A stretch of DNA of 64,000 nucleotides, from positions 8,866,001 through 8,930,000 of the forward strand of contig OZ059896.1 in assembly GCA_964057225.1 (NCBI GenBank). Reading direction: 5' to 3'. Source of the DNA: Auanema rhodensis. Its lineage: Eukaryota; Animalia; Nematoda. The notes below the pieces were generated by a model. The model had not been told where the DNA came from and ran no database searches. It saw only the letters and a program-made list of their open reading frames with translations. This document shows, piece by piece, positions 1 to 13,584 of this stretch; within the stretch, counting starts at the first letter, position 1; the number at the start of each line of letters is the position of its first letter. The translations under genes were made by a program, and so were the position numbers.

Positions 1-235
1 CTCGGCGGCATTGATGAAACGCTTGACAATCTGAAAAGGAATATTATCACTCAATGTATAATCATCTGTATATCTTCAAATCTAGAACTGAAAATGAACT
101 TACTCCCACACATTGGTCACAAGTGTTTTTAGAATCGACAACATCTACATCAATACGGTTGCTAGAAAGCATGGCATCCTTTCCTTCATAAGCGAGGCAA
201 GCTCCTACAAGAGCCAGAACAATCAGCAACTTCAT
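1..235 (-). CDS. Saposin-like (SAPLIP/prosaposin-like) secreted protein, 5' part; gene continues beyond the window start
   Basis: Exon 235-104 after tttag: MKLLIVLALVGACLAYEGKDAMLSSNRIDVDVVDSKNTCDQCVG. Intron GT..TTTTCAG 103-31. Exon 30-1: IVKRFINAAE. Signal peptide followed by the CxxC-hydrophobic-helix start typical of a saposin B domain (spp-8/spp-10-like). Confidence 0.75.
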
Positions 236-245
236 CTAAACGAAA

Positions 246-1176
246 TGATAACTGATAAGTCAATATAACAAAATTGCTAGCAAAAATTAAAGATGGTAGA
301 TACTGGGTGATACACCGGCGAATAGAAGGTCTTGAGATCGAAACTGGCGATCTTGTGACCGGGATTTAAGTGAAAATAACAGAAGAACAACTGTTAGTTG
401 AATATGTGAGAGCAGAGAAATTTGGAACATTCCTGATAGAGTGGAAGGAACCCTGTGATAATGAACAAGAAAATAGAAATTACAAAGAAAAAGAGATAGA
501 ACCAAACGATATAGAGAACTCAGATAAATGAGATAAATGGTTAGCCAGCACGGATAATGACTAGGACTGATGATTTAGCTATATTAAAAACTAAGTTTAC
601 ATCTACTAACACTGCCACCCGTTAATTTTTATTGGCCACCTATCTAGTCAGCAAAATGTTGTCTCGTCTAATATTTTCACTATTTTCTGCATTAGAGACC
701 GTATTGAATAGAAACAAAGCCAGAAAAGAACAAATGAGTAAGCATCTTAAAATATATATAAAGTAACAGGAAAAAAGGATAAATAATTACAAAACGCCAG
801 TCTCATAGTGTTCTAATTGATATTGAAAAGTATCAACATCTTGTGTAATATAGCCTTCAATTTCTTATCACCTAACCAAAAGAACTTTTCATACAGGTAA
901 AGTGCTGCTTCAAAATGTTGTTAATTCAAACACAAAATCTAAGTAAGATTGAGACTAACAATAGTGCGATTAAGAGGATTAAGAAGTAAACACAACTAAG
1001 AAAATGAGTCTGAAGTAATTTATAAAAAAACCCAAACAAAATCAGTTAATATCAGGATTAGTTTTAATATACAGAATTCTAACAGAAACCTTTTTGAAAA
1101 CAAAAAATGGAAAATCTTATCTTAAGGTAAAGATTTATAACCATGCTGAGAATTGAAATCAAAAGCAAAATGATAA
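246..1176. promoter_or_regulatory. Cluster of TGATAA (GATA/ELT-2-type) sites upstream of the saposin-like gene
   Basis: TGATAA at 246, 253 (ACTGATAAG), 456 and 1171; TTATCA at 865. Consistent with intestinal expression of nematode spp genes, but the motif is common in AT-rich DNA. Confidence 0.4.
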
Positions 1177-3158
1177 GTGATTGGTACATGAGTGGAATTC
1201 AATATAATGAACGATTCTAATCCTCAATTTCTCCCTATCTTCTTTATCAATGGAAGCAATTCCACATAAGACGGTATATGAAATGCTTTTAAAAAATCAA
1301 TTCATCAAATCTATTTTCATTTCAATACAACATATCCTCAAATTGAAAGAAATATTATTAAATCTCAAAATACAACAACATCATATCAAGATGATCCATT
1401 TTCGAAATAACAAATAGTTATTGATTAATACTACATTGTAAAAAAACCGTTGTATATAGCTATATGACCTATAATAAACTAAATGGATTAGCAGACAGAA
1501 ATTTCTTATATTATATGATCTACCAAGTATATATATATATATGTATCGTATATGTAAAATATATATTTGGTATTTCTATAATATACATAATAGATTTTGT
1601 TTTATTAATATCAATGTAGTTTGATTTCATTTTTTTCTTTAATTTATTATTTTGGTAACATTTGAATTGTTTTACTTTGATATTATTGTCTAAGTCATCT
1701 TTATTTCTTATTGATATCTTACAATATCCTTAAGCCAGTATCTGATTTGTTACAAAAATAAGTAGCAAAATCAAAAAACCATAAATCATTCTCTATGAGA
1801 TTTTGTTTGGTGACACTTTGTTCAGCCATGTGGCTCTTTTGAGAGATTGCTTATCATATGTTCAACGTGTCATTCTTATGGCGTTATCATATAAGTTCTG
1901 AGCAATGCTGAATTCCATTATACAGATTCTTATGAGGGCTCACATAATAATCAAAGTAATATATATAAGAACGGATAATAAATTATCTTAAAGATTTCGT
2001 TCATTGATTGAAATTTTTAGTTTGAAAAAGGATTCATCTTTTTGTTCTTTCGATTACCAAACTTGTACATAGCTAAAAAATTCTGATAATATTATATGCT
2101 ATTTTTATGTGGGATTTATTATCAGCACGTGTACAAGCTATCTATAGTCTATCTTATTTTCTGGGACTGTATAATCTTTTCATCTATTATTTCTTCTTAT
2201 CACATTTTGTATTTGAATCGAAGTTTGTGGAACTGTTGACAGTTCAATAATGCGCATTGACTCATGTTGGCAAGAAAAAAAAGAGAAAATAAAAGACAAA
2301 CCTAATCGTAAGAGAATTTACCCTTTTTTCCCGCTGGTGAGTTCTAGTAAACGCTCTAATGTCAACGAATTTTCTGTTTATCTTATTTCCCAATACTGTA
2401 TTATAGCCGACGAATTTTAGAAATGCATTTACAAGTTCGTATGGCGTTATTTCGTTTCCAACCCAGTTGCCTCAACACTCCAACATCTGTTTGATTCATT
2501 CCATTGTCGACAGACATCAAAGATATTTCGAAAAATTGAAATTTCCACAATTTTTGGTTTTCTTGTTATGTGATACATACATTTCTATATAGAAAATGGT
2601 TGAATATTTTTTCGATTAGTTTTTTTTGACTAAACGAACGAATTTGAATTTTCAAATTCTTAAAACATTTGTCAATATAGTTTATTATAACATTTTTTGT
2701 TTGTTCAATATTTGTGAAAAAAATATTTCATAATCATTGATTTATGAAACTATTAAAGATTGTCATTCCATTGAAACATTTAAAAAATATATTTCAAATT
2801 CAAATAGCGAATTAGATTTAGATTCTTTGAATTTACTTGACCTCATTCAGTAAAATTTCACATTTCCACATCAATCTCCTCTAAATCAACCCAATAATAG
2901 TGAATCATACAAACAATTTTCTGTGACACCTACTCAATTAATCATAGAAATTTTTTAATAAGCGTCATAAGGTTATTTCAAAACGGTTTAAATATTCTTA
3001 TCAAGATTATTTGCTTACTCTTTATATCTTTTTCAATTTTTTTTATGTATAACTCCATTTAAGATTCTCATTTAAGTAAACATTTCCCTACATAGCCGCA
3101 TTCGTGTTACTTATTTTGAATTTTTGATTCGTGCACTTTTAGATATTCACTGTAAGCT

Positions 3159-3574
3159 ATGCCGAATTGCCCTGCTTGCAATAAACCTGTCTACTTTGGT
3201 AAGGATTAAGCTTTTTGTAAACGTTTTATGATTTGAATTTAATGCTTGAAAAAGCATGCAATCAACTTGAATTCTTTTATTTAAGCCGAAAGGGTCCAAT
3301 CACTTGGAAAGGATTGGCACAGACCATGTCTACGTTGTGGGAATGAAAAATGCAAAAAGACATTAACTGCCGGAAGTCATTCTGAGGTATCTTGTGCTCA
3401 GCTCATCTTGATTCTTCTATGTAGTCACAACTTTGTTTTACAATAACGTTTAAGCACGATGGTAAGCCATACTGCAACAGATGCTATGGTGCCATGTTTG
3501 GTCCTAAAGGCTATGGCCATGGAGGAACAGAGAGTCACACATTTTTAGGTGGAAGCACTGGTGGTACGCATTAA
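3159..3574 (+). CDS. exc-9: LIM-only cysteine-rich intestinal protein (CRIP/EXC-9)
   Basis: 3 exons give [86 protein letters not shown]: a single LIM domain plus the [10 protein letters not shown] Gly-rich tail. Both introns end in AAG (3285, 3454). Confidence 0.93.
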
Positions 3575-6500
3575 GAACTTGTTGTTTTCGAACATTAATC
3601 ATCTTGACTCAATTTGATTAATGATAAAGACATGCTTATATAATCCCTTGTCCTTTATGAAATGATACTAATGTTTGTAGAAGTCTCTAACTATTTTGAT
3701 TACGACATATCAATAACGTTTAAATTATATTTAACTTGAAATGTTTTATTAGTTCCAGAAATATGATATCATCCACTGCTGCATTTTTCTTTCATTTTTT
3801 CCCGATTTATTTATATCTGCAAATTCTAATTCTCTAATTTTAAGTATGTTATACGTAATATATGTTACTTTGCACATTCGGGTGGACTAGTTAAAGCATT
3901 TGGTTGGTTGTATCAGTCGTATCGCATTTTTTTACTTTTATTCTCAAGAATTTTGTTAATCATAACGAAACATGCAATAAACAAAATACAATTGAAGCAA
4001 ATTAAAAGCAAAAAACGTAGGTATATTGTTGATCTGTCTGAAGTCTTCTATTTTCGCTTGATGAAACTAAATTTTTGAACAAACAAATGCTCATTCCTAC
4101 CCACAGAACTCTTCTCAACGTCATTTTTCGTCTACCTCGGCTTATATGAAATGCATGGTAATTATAGCTTTCATTATTTCTCACTTCAAAACAAAAATCA
4201 TTCGGACATCTTCGTATCTTGTTCAAATGAACTGAATTCAAAAATTCAAGTACTTCATTGGTGAAGAAGACAACAATTACATTTTGTATACAGCACATCT
4301 AAATACATAGTATGTATGTGCATCTATGTATACTCATTTTTTCTTTAGTTGTTTCATTCTCTTATAAATAATGATAGATGAAGTTTTGTTTCATATTTTT
4401 TAGCAGATATAAATGCGATTAATGTTTTTTTCAGATTTATTAATAAGAAATCAGAAACTGGAACTTTATTCTCATTTTGGAATTGGGTTTCCCACATCTC
4501 ATTTCGTATGCTTCTCTCTTAGTGCTCTCGTGATGAATTCTAACAGAATGATTTTATTAATTCATTGTCTTTCTTTATAAAAGAATAAAATATAAAAGAA
4601 TTATTGAAGAGAAAGTTTTCATAGGTTATACGTTATGTAATTCAATTCAAACAGTTTCAAAAACAAAAGTACTTTTTGATACTGTTTTCAGTAAACTTAT
4701 ACTTTTTGATATTCAATAAAAATAAAAGTTGGTAAGCACGCATAACCGAAAATTTTTGTTACAGCTGGTTTTTCCCATACCAATAACTTCCGGTCGGGTT
4801 TATATGTAGTCTAGAGTTTGACATATAAATCAAAACATAGACTGAGAAAGAAAGTATTATTTAAAGATTAACATTGAATTCTTGAGAATTGTGCACTATG
4901 CAATATATGATATCAGGAAAGAATAGATTATTAAGAATAAAACTCTTCTTCATTAGTATTGAATTTTAAAATTAATTTAAAAGTAAAGACTTTAGAAGAA
5001 TGAAATAAACTATATTTATTAAATATTTAACATTAAAATTTAATATAATATAGGTTATAGCTTGAAAACATAATTATACTCATGACATTCATGTTTGAAT
5101 AGGTTTCACCTAATATTCTATTTGATTTTTTCTCTTAATCTTTGTTTTTTCACGGCTACAATGAACATCACAAAAGAAAAAAGAAAAGGATTATTATGGA
5201 TGTGTAAATATAAATGAGAAAAAAGCCTCTAATTAATTATTTTCATCTCAACTTCATTTGTATTATCTTTACTAGTTACCAATAGCTTCTTTTTTCTTCT
5301 TTCTGTGCTACGATGAGTCTTCCTATTGTGAATCAAATACGAGCAATTCTAGTTTATATTATTTTGTTCTGTATAATTTTTCTAAAATTAAAATGAATTG
5401 AAATATATTAGTTTTATGTTATTTCTTTGTTTTTGTTCTTCTTTTTCTTCAATCATATCGTTATCAGATGCTTTTTCATATATAAGTGTTCATCATATTT
5501 CGTTTATCTAATAAGTTTATATCAAGATATCTCTATTATATCTATATCTTTATCTATATATTATGCACAGACATCGTTTATCGTAGTCTTTTGCATATCC
5601 TCGGTTTAGCTTGCAATCATGTCCTCTTTCCTCTAACTCTGATTAAAAATGCTCTTCTCCAAACGTCTTAATAGTTATCTGCAAAACTCTCTTTCGTCTT
5701 CTTTTTGTTATAAACAACTCCATCGTGTCTATACACATGTCTATATGTAGATGAATGTAAGTTCTAACATATTTCAATCAGTTTTTTACAAATTCAAATG
5801 AAAAAAAAAGAAAAGCATGATGATATATCACCTGAACCAATGATTTGCCAGCGACATTAAAGATGTATTTGGGTATCGAAGATTTGAAGTATATATTGCA
5901 TCAACCATCGGAAAGCAATAAAGGGGCTTTCTAGTCACGCAAAATCTTATTCAGATTCTATGATAAACTAAAGGTGGAGAAAACAAAAAAAACTAAATTA
6001 TGGGGGGAAATTGAGAAATATATAACATTAAATACAGTTATATATAAATATATATCTATGTAAAATAATAAAGAAATTTATTAGATCAAATATAGAATTG
6101 AAATAACAAAAAAACTTTATTATTATAAAATATTTAATAGTATTTAGATAATTTATTTTTGTATTTTGCGTTGAAGATTGCACCAAAAATTGTGTGTACT
6201 GTCCTTTTTCTTTTATACTTCTCTGATTTCATATTCCGATTTCCCCATCAATCTAAAAAATTGAGGGAACATAATGAAAGCTTCTTCATTAATATATTCA
6301 AACATGTATCGAAGAATACTAAACTGTTTTAGTTTGCAAAATATGAATATTAGACATTTGGTTCACGTTTCGGGGAAACCTCAAATGTGAGATGTAGTTA
6401 ATAAGCAATTTCCATTAAGGAAACAGCTCACTTTAACAACTCCTTCAGAATGACTTCCTTTAATTTAATCCAAATATCCATTATACGTATCTTATTATCA

Positions 6501-8745
6501 ACATTATTATCCTCAACGGATTATCAACTAATCTGTTTGATCTCATGTAGATCTATGAAAGAAGTATGACGACGCCTTTTTTCCCTCCATTCTTTTCTCA
6601 TGTTTGTCTCAATATATCGGCTCCAATGTTCAAGTTTAATAAATACATTTTATGTCATGATACGTATATTCTATAGTTTTCAAATAAAAACGCATATTTC
6701 ATAGTGCAAGTTTGTTAAAAGGTTATTTCTGATTTTCTTTATACAAATGAATTTTCTTTATTCCTTTTTCATTCAGTATATCCTTTGCATTATGTTATTT
6801 TGTATATAATAACATCAAAAACACAAAAATAATTTCCATTGGAATGTTTTTCAAATATTTTTGAACTTTTCTATGTTATCCTTATAACAAGACATATGCA
6901 TTCAACGAGCAAGAAGATCAAGTGTAGTCATGTGAGCAAAAACTTTGATTTCTTGAACTTATCTAAGTATGTATGTATATATATATATAACTTTTATAAT
7001 CTGAAATAAGACGAATTCATTACAATTTTAAGTTAAATTTTTAAAATTTATATACAATTTTGAATATTATGATAGTAGAGTATTCTTTTAAGTTATTACA
7101 TTACATACATTTCTCATTATTGAATCAAAATATTCACTTCCTAATCGTGTTTTGCATAAGATGAAATATCCTATATAACTTATAATATTTAACATGACAT
7201 CTTACCTTACCAGTATTAAGCAAGTATTTCATTTCACTCATTTTACTTGATTGTCCTTCTTCCTGATTCATGATTCATAATTTCTATAGCAAGAGATATA
7301 TCTCAACGTTCTTTCTGAATGGATTAGTTGATTGCTGAAAGGTGGGTGATGTGAATAGAAGATAAAAATCTTTCTCGAAAGAAGCTCATTACAACTCTTT
7401 TGTGTTGATGCTACCTATTCTTCCAAAGGAATATGCCAGCGCTTCACTTTCTTCACTCAATCTTTTGTTCAATTTTCCGATCTTCTGGCATTTTCCAAAC
7501 ACACAATCTTTCATCATTTTTACTTCATTTACTTTTCCTAATATGTATATACTTTATCCTCCCATTTTTTAAGCTTGAATATATAAATATGTATGTAATT
7601 TGAAATGTCACAAAACATATGTTATATCAGACTAAAATTCCTGATTTACATGATCATCATGATTTCAACATCTGTCTATATTACTTGTGATTAAATTCAA
7701 TTCAAATATAAAGACTTGTGAATAGATTAAAACTACTTTCCTTTTCACTTCGAATTTTGGACTGTTGAATTGTCTATGATGACAAAAATATTCAACAGGA
7801 GATGTATGTTTTGAAATTGTACTGATGAATACTTTTCAACAACAATTTTTATATTTAATTCAAAAGGTAAAATATATCGTTTAAAAATGTAGTTATTTCC
7901 TCCTATTCTTTATTTTGTAACAAAACCTAAAAAAAAGTCCATCATTTATGATTACATGCCTCTATTCAAGCTCCGCCTACTTATTTTTTTCCAGAAAATT
8001 TTATCCACAAGCTTAACTCGCATCCGGATCATTTTCAAATGCCTAATTTTTCTGCTCAATTTCAAGCTTACATTTGAAAATATTTGGAAAATAATTATTC
8101 AGGTTTTTGTAAAAAAATATAGTTTTTTTCCTATTTATCATATATTTCTGACTTTCAATGTGAAATTACGCCTCTTTATTACAACAATACACTTTTTTAA
8201 TTGAAATTTCCAAATATATTCAGGTGATTCCCATTCCCACCTCTTCGAAATGATATTCTAACTTCTCAGCTATTCAATGAGATTCAATGATCGTAGTTTC
8301 TTGAAAGATTTATATACTCATATGCTACCTTAGGCAGAAAAATGAATCTCAGAAAAGATTGATCAGAGTCAGAACTAGTAGCTCACACCCCTTTTCTAAA
8401 TAGACGATACTTTATTCTTCACTATAATTTCATCTATGCCTTTTCCTTTTTTGCTAATTTGTTCTGATTTTTTCGATTTTCCTCTGAAAATTATGACAAA
8501 TTTAATGAGACTACAAAACTTTCAGTAAGATTAAAGAGGCTTCTAAAGAAAAAAATTAATATCTTCTTGTTACTTAATATAAACTTTTCCTTATATATAT
8601 ATTGAAAAAGATATTTCTATATATCCTATCAATTGTCTTTCATTTATATTTTTATCACTTCGGATTATGTTTCGAGAAATAGATTATGTTTCTATTTCTA
8701 GAACTTTTAGATGCCGTGTATATGTTCTATTATATCATTTTCAGA

Positions 8746-9062
8746 ATGAAATTCCTCATCGTCCTCCTTGTAATTAGCTTGTACTGCTCTGTTACCATTG
8801 CTCAGATGACCTTCACAGACCAATGGACAAAGAAGAGTGTTATTCCAGAAGATGGTCGGAGGTAATATATCAACATTATGTAGAAAAAAACATTTATTTT
8901 GACAATATAATCGTTATAGCTATAAACGTCAATTATTTGAATTTCAGAAAACAAATGTTATGTTCGGCTGAAAAAACTATGAACGCCAAGGCTCAACTGC
9001 AGAGAATTCAACAAGCACAGGATCGCATTAATAGTTTTCTGGAGTATTGCTATCAGAATTAA
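8746..9062 (+). CDS. nlp-47: AKH/GnRH-like neuropeptide precursor NLP-47
   Basis: After TTTTCAG: signal peptide MKFLIVLLVISLYCSVTIA, then QMTFTDQWT (the nematode AKH-GnRH peptide), then KK. Exon 2 gives the associated peptide KQMLCSAEKTMNAKAQLQRIQQAQDRINSFLEYCYQN* with two Cys. Confidence 0.93.
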
Positions 9063-10115
9063 CCAATTATAACACCCGTCTATAAGGCTAATTTCATCTA
9101 AACCTGGACCTCAAACTTTGCTAGTTTTTCCATATTAATGTATTAGACAAAGTGTTTTTGAGGAATTGAGAAGAACGTACAGCTACTTTTTCATGTCATC
9201 GCTCAACTTTCGATCCAGCAATTCAGACCAAAACCATCTAACAATTCTCTGAGTAGCCGTTGAGACCGTCAGGATGAGAATTTCGAATGTTTTCTCTTCC
9301 AATTAAAAACAATATTTTTAATTAAACCTATTAAGTTTACGTATTTATTGCTACTCTTGGTCGACAAATAAAAGACTTGCTTGTTAATTATATCATGTCC
9401 ATGTTATTTTTTCCCAATATTATACACAGAAAGAATACCTCGATTCTTAAAAGTTACATATGTATGTATGAAGCATGTATGTGAACATGATATATTATGA
9501 ACAAAAACAAATCAGATTTCTAAGAAGTTATCCAACTGTAGGATTACTTGTCGTGCATCTTCAAAAACAACTGCAAATGGCAAAATTGCAAATTACCCAT
9601 AAAAAATAGCTATCAACGATATTTATTCGAAACATACCCACCACATATACATATACAACAAGAATGTTCATATAGGTAAACCAAAAAAACAATAACAAAT
9701 ATGTTACAAGGACAATAATTAAAAAAAAAAAACAAAAAAAGCAAAATTCTTCTTACATGCTATCTTTAAAAATACCAGACTGAGCACAATGAGCAAAAAA
9801 ATTGATAAAAAGTTACATCAAAAACATAAAACTAAATATAATGTTGTCCTCTTGTTGCTAATACTTGCTTGATTATTGATGTAAGACATGATTTTGAATA
9901 TTTTTTGAAGAAATCCTTCAAACATTCACACTAATACATTGAGAAAGCACCATATTTCACTATGATCATTAATTGTTTGAATACTAAATATGTATTTCGC
10001 GAAAAAAATGTTTTATTCGAATACAAATTACAGAAACTCATGTGAGAATTTGAATCTTCCGCTTTCTATTTGTTAAATGTCCAAAATTTTTAATATTCTT
10101 GGTTATCCTCTCTAT

Positions 10116-11130
10116 CTAATCCAAGTTGATCTCGCTATTCTTCCTGCTAATCTTAGCGGGTGTTGTTGTAGATTGTGCAGAAACGGGTTGAGGTTTACTG
10201 CTGAAATCAAAATTAATTATGCGATTTATGAATTGTATATACTTAATCATGTACAATTAACCAAGCCAAACAAACTCAATATCACACTAACATGTTTTTG
10301 TCTGATTGTTGCTTGTTTCCGCTTACGTTTCGTGTTTCTCCGGCTTTGAATTCAGTTCCACTGCAAGAAATATGTTCAGCGATTATCGAATATTGAATAA
10401 GTGATGTTGTGTTCAGTAAAAACAACGTACTCTGATTTCCATTCATTACATAAGTCAAATTGGCAACAACAGAATGTTTCCTTTGATGATTGCCAATGGC
10501 ATCCAGTCATCTTTAATAGTTTATTATGTACATTACTATTAGTAGTTTGGCGCAATTTTCTTTGACTCTGCACAAAGTTTTCGAACAATATCGAAAGACT
10601 GATATGGCTGATTTCTGTTGCAATATTACTCTTGATAATCATTAAGATAACAAAATCAAACACGCTTGATAGACGCGATGACCTCGAGCAGTTTGGAAAT
10701 AAGACAAATTGCCAAAAAAATCCAAAGAAATTATGTTGCAACTGCTTTAATAATTATTTTAATATCTTTGACTCTATCGTATGATCTTTAGACATATTTC
10801 ATGATTTAATCTTGATGTTCAATTCTACTAATTGTTCGAGGAACTATATAGAGAACAAACTTACAGGACATCTCTCTTCCATATTATGCTCATCACTAAA
10901 GGAAGAACATGTGCGTCTTAATTGATTCTTTGACTTATCAATAGTTTGAAGACAATAAGAAGAAATTCCACCACATTCCTTTAAAATCATAATATTTGTT
11001 GAAGATGTTGGTTGTGGATGAATACCTTCTCAGCAGTTCTTTCATTACTATCTAGAGCAACAGTTCCTTCGTAGCAACGAAGAGCTAATAATCCAATAGG
11101 GAATAAACAGCACAATATAAGCAATTTCAT
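10116..11130 (-). CDS. Secreted Ly6/uPAR-like (three-finger, activin-receptor-ectodomain-like) cysteine-rich protein
   Basis: Exons 11130-11026, 10978-10865, 10510-10431, 10360-10292 and 10200-10116 join in frame: MKLLILCCLFPIGLLA-LRCYEG...ECGGISSYCLQ...RTCSS...RCPMTGCHW...FCCCQFDLCN, then a Ser/Thr/Pro tail. LxCY start and CCxxxxCN end are diagnostic. Confidence 0.82.
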
Positions 11131-13233
11131 CACTGAAGCCATATCGTCTTATCGGTATAAAATAAATAAAATAGAAAAACAATTACAAATAGTATAATAA
11201 TGAATTAAAAACAAAGCTGGATGATACAAATATATATGTATTAACCATAATTTCAATCATATATTCATTATTTATCTAGTAAACAAAGAGAAATCACTTT
11301 AGTAAAATCTAATGAAGCTTGTTGAAACCTGAGGAAGGCTGGAAGTAAAGTCAAACAATTTGTTGTAATAACGATTGCGTTGTAATAATTTCATTAATTA
11401 TCAGATCAATTGAATTCAAAACAGAAACCTTATTTTCCAAATATCCTACTTTAATTCATTTTCTATTGCTATTCCATTCCCTTTTTTTCAGAATTTTTCT
11501 GTTAACTGCTTGGCAGTAAAGGACGAAACAGGAAAAAAGAAATTTATACAACATTGAGTTGTTCTTTTTTTTTTGTTGACTGTTCGCTAACCCGATTCAT
11601 TAGTGGATGTCTTTAAATCTGGAAACTTAACAGCAAAATTGCCTTCCGAAAAATCAAAATGCTGACAAACTTGCGTTCGGATACTCGTCAAAAATATAAT
11701 TACTGTAAACTAGAACAACTACATATCAAATGCAATGACAAATAAAATGAGAAAACAAAGTTTGTTAATTTCTACTAGTTGTTTTACAGTCATACATGCA
11801 TTGTTTCTTGGAACTAATTCAGATGCATTATGTATATAGGTTGAACTAAACCTTGAATATATGACTGTTGTAGTCTTTATCATACAACCTTTCCGTTTAT
11901 CATTTTATCGAAGAATGTTCAGCCTTATTATCGAGAAAGACATCAAATCATTAATAAACATAACATTTAAATCTTCAATTCATAAAACATATAGTGTTTT
12001 TCAGTAGATCTTATCCAAAAGATCTATCTAGCGGTTACAAACAAAACAAGGTGAATAGCACGCATATGAAGTGAAACGAAAGCCGAAATGAGAAAGATCG
12101 TGAATTCAAAGATGTATTAAATGGATCAAACACTCACTCATCATCAAAACAAACGATTTACTGTGAACACATTTTGTCACTCACTTTGTAGAACTCCCTT
12201 TTTGAGTATGCTGTTTATATATCCATAAATCAGTATATGCCTTTTCTCCCTATTATAACAGGTAACTTATTATTTAAGCCCTTACTTTTGTCTTGATACT
12301 TTGACTATACAAAACATTTTAATATTTTTAACAATGTTGATAACTAGTACAATGTAGGGTGCAACAACTACGTCAAGAATACGATTTTCCGTTCAAGTTT
12401 TTTCATATGCAAGATCAACAATATTTTTTTCAAAAGTCATTGAAACCTCTTATAATCATGATCTTATCAATCTTTTTACATGGTCTTTTCGCAATCTTGA
12501 TAGAAAGCTTGCAATCTTAAATAACTTATAAGGTTCGAAAACTAAACCTAATCTCAATCCTTATCTCTTTACCACTGATTATCATTACAATTTTCAACTT
12601 AGTCCTCAGTCTAATATGAAGATCCAATTAATTTGAATGTACCATCACAATAATTAAGCGACAAAATACAAAATTTTACTGTCGGTACACCTCGAAGTTG
12701 AAAACATTTTATAGAATTCAATCGTATCTATCTCACGAAATTAGGTGATTGAAAGGAGACCTTTTTTAACATTTCCTTTCGTTATACCTATCATTAAGAG
12801 AAATTGATTAATTGTTATCAAAGAAAAACTACAAAGACATTGAGCTAATCTATGTGTTTGACCCGAAGATTTGTTTTCTCTGACTAGAGAGAGTGCTCAA
12901 AAATTATGGTCCCGCTAAGCAAAACAAACAATAATAGAAAAGAAAAAACAACTTATAAATCAATGTTACATTGAATATCATACTTCATTATATAATAAAA
13001 GTATTCAATAACACAAGAGTTATATAAAATTTAAAAATGAGACAAGAATATGGTCATTCATCATATATTTTGCCACAACTTTCGTTTTGTTCCTTCCGCT
13101 GTTGTATTATTTGTCTTTCCGTGACTCATAATTTAAGCAAAAACATGTGTGCTGAAGTTCAGTCCCAAGAGCGGTACAGGTTGTAGTTTGTGTTTTAATT
13201 GGCGGTAAATATAATTTTAAGAGTATTGTTCTA

Positions 13234-13584
13234 TTAAGAAATACCATCCCATGCCCGCTCATATATCCAGCCCAACTCCATAGTAATAACTTTGTTGAAT
13301 AGCATCTTTATTTGTTTATCGAGATTTAAGCTGTACTTTTCCCTAGTTGTATGTATTCGTTGCACTAAACCAATGTGTCTTCTTACATTATCATCTTCAG
13401 ACGCCGATAGTCGCTCATATTCGAGCACATACGTAGTTTTCCTTCTCTTTCTGTTCCAAGGAGCCAAGTCGGTTAGTTTGTTTAAGAGGCCTGTCTGGTC
13501 CCTCGTTACCTTCATTCTGTTTAGCAGCTCTGGTGCAGCGTTATAGCTATAGTAGTACGTCCGATGAGAATTAGGTACTTTCAA
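13234..13584 (-). CDS. Orphan ORF, probably the last exon of an uncharacterised gene
   Basis: Stop-free, hydrophilic, relatively GC-rich 116-codon stretch. Small upstream exons can be joined in frame (EQQQIHSYKLARLRLGFTY-SELWKH-YNAAPELLNRMK...) but need weak donors. No family recognised. Confidence 0.4.
   Translation of the reverse strand: MKVPNSHRTYYYSYNAAPELLNRMKVTRDQTGLLNKLTDLAPWNRKRRKTTYVLEYERLSASEDDNVRRHIGLVQRIHTTREKYSLNLDKQIKMLFNKVITMELGWIYERAWDGIS

Noticed and set aside
8221-8240. E-box plus overlapping TTCCCAT/TTCCCAC (LAG-1/CSL-like) sites upstream of nlp-47
   Set aside because: Short motifs with no conservation data; cannot be told from chance.
13292-13546. Hydrophobic 84-aa plus-strand ORF
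   Set aside because: Antisense shadow of the purine-rich minus-strand ORF; starts at TTG.
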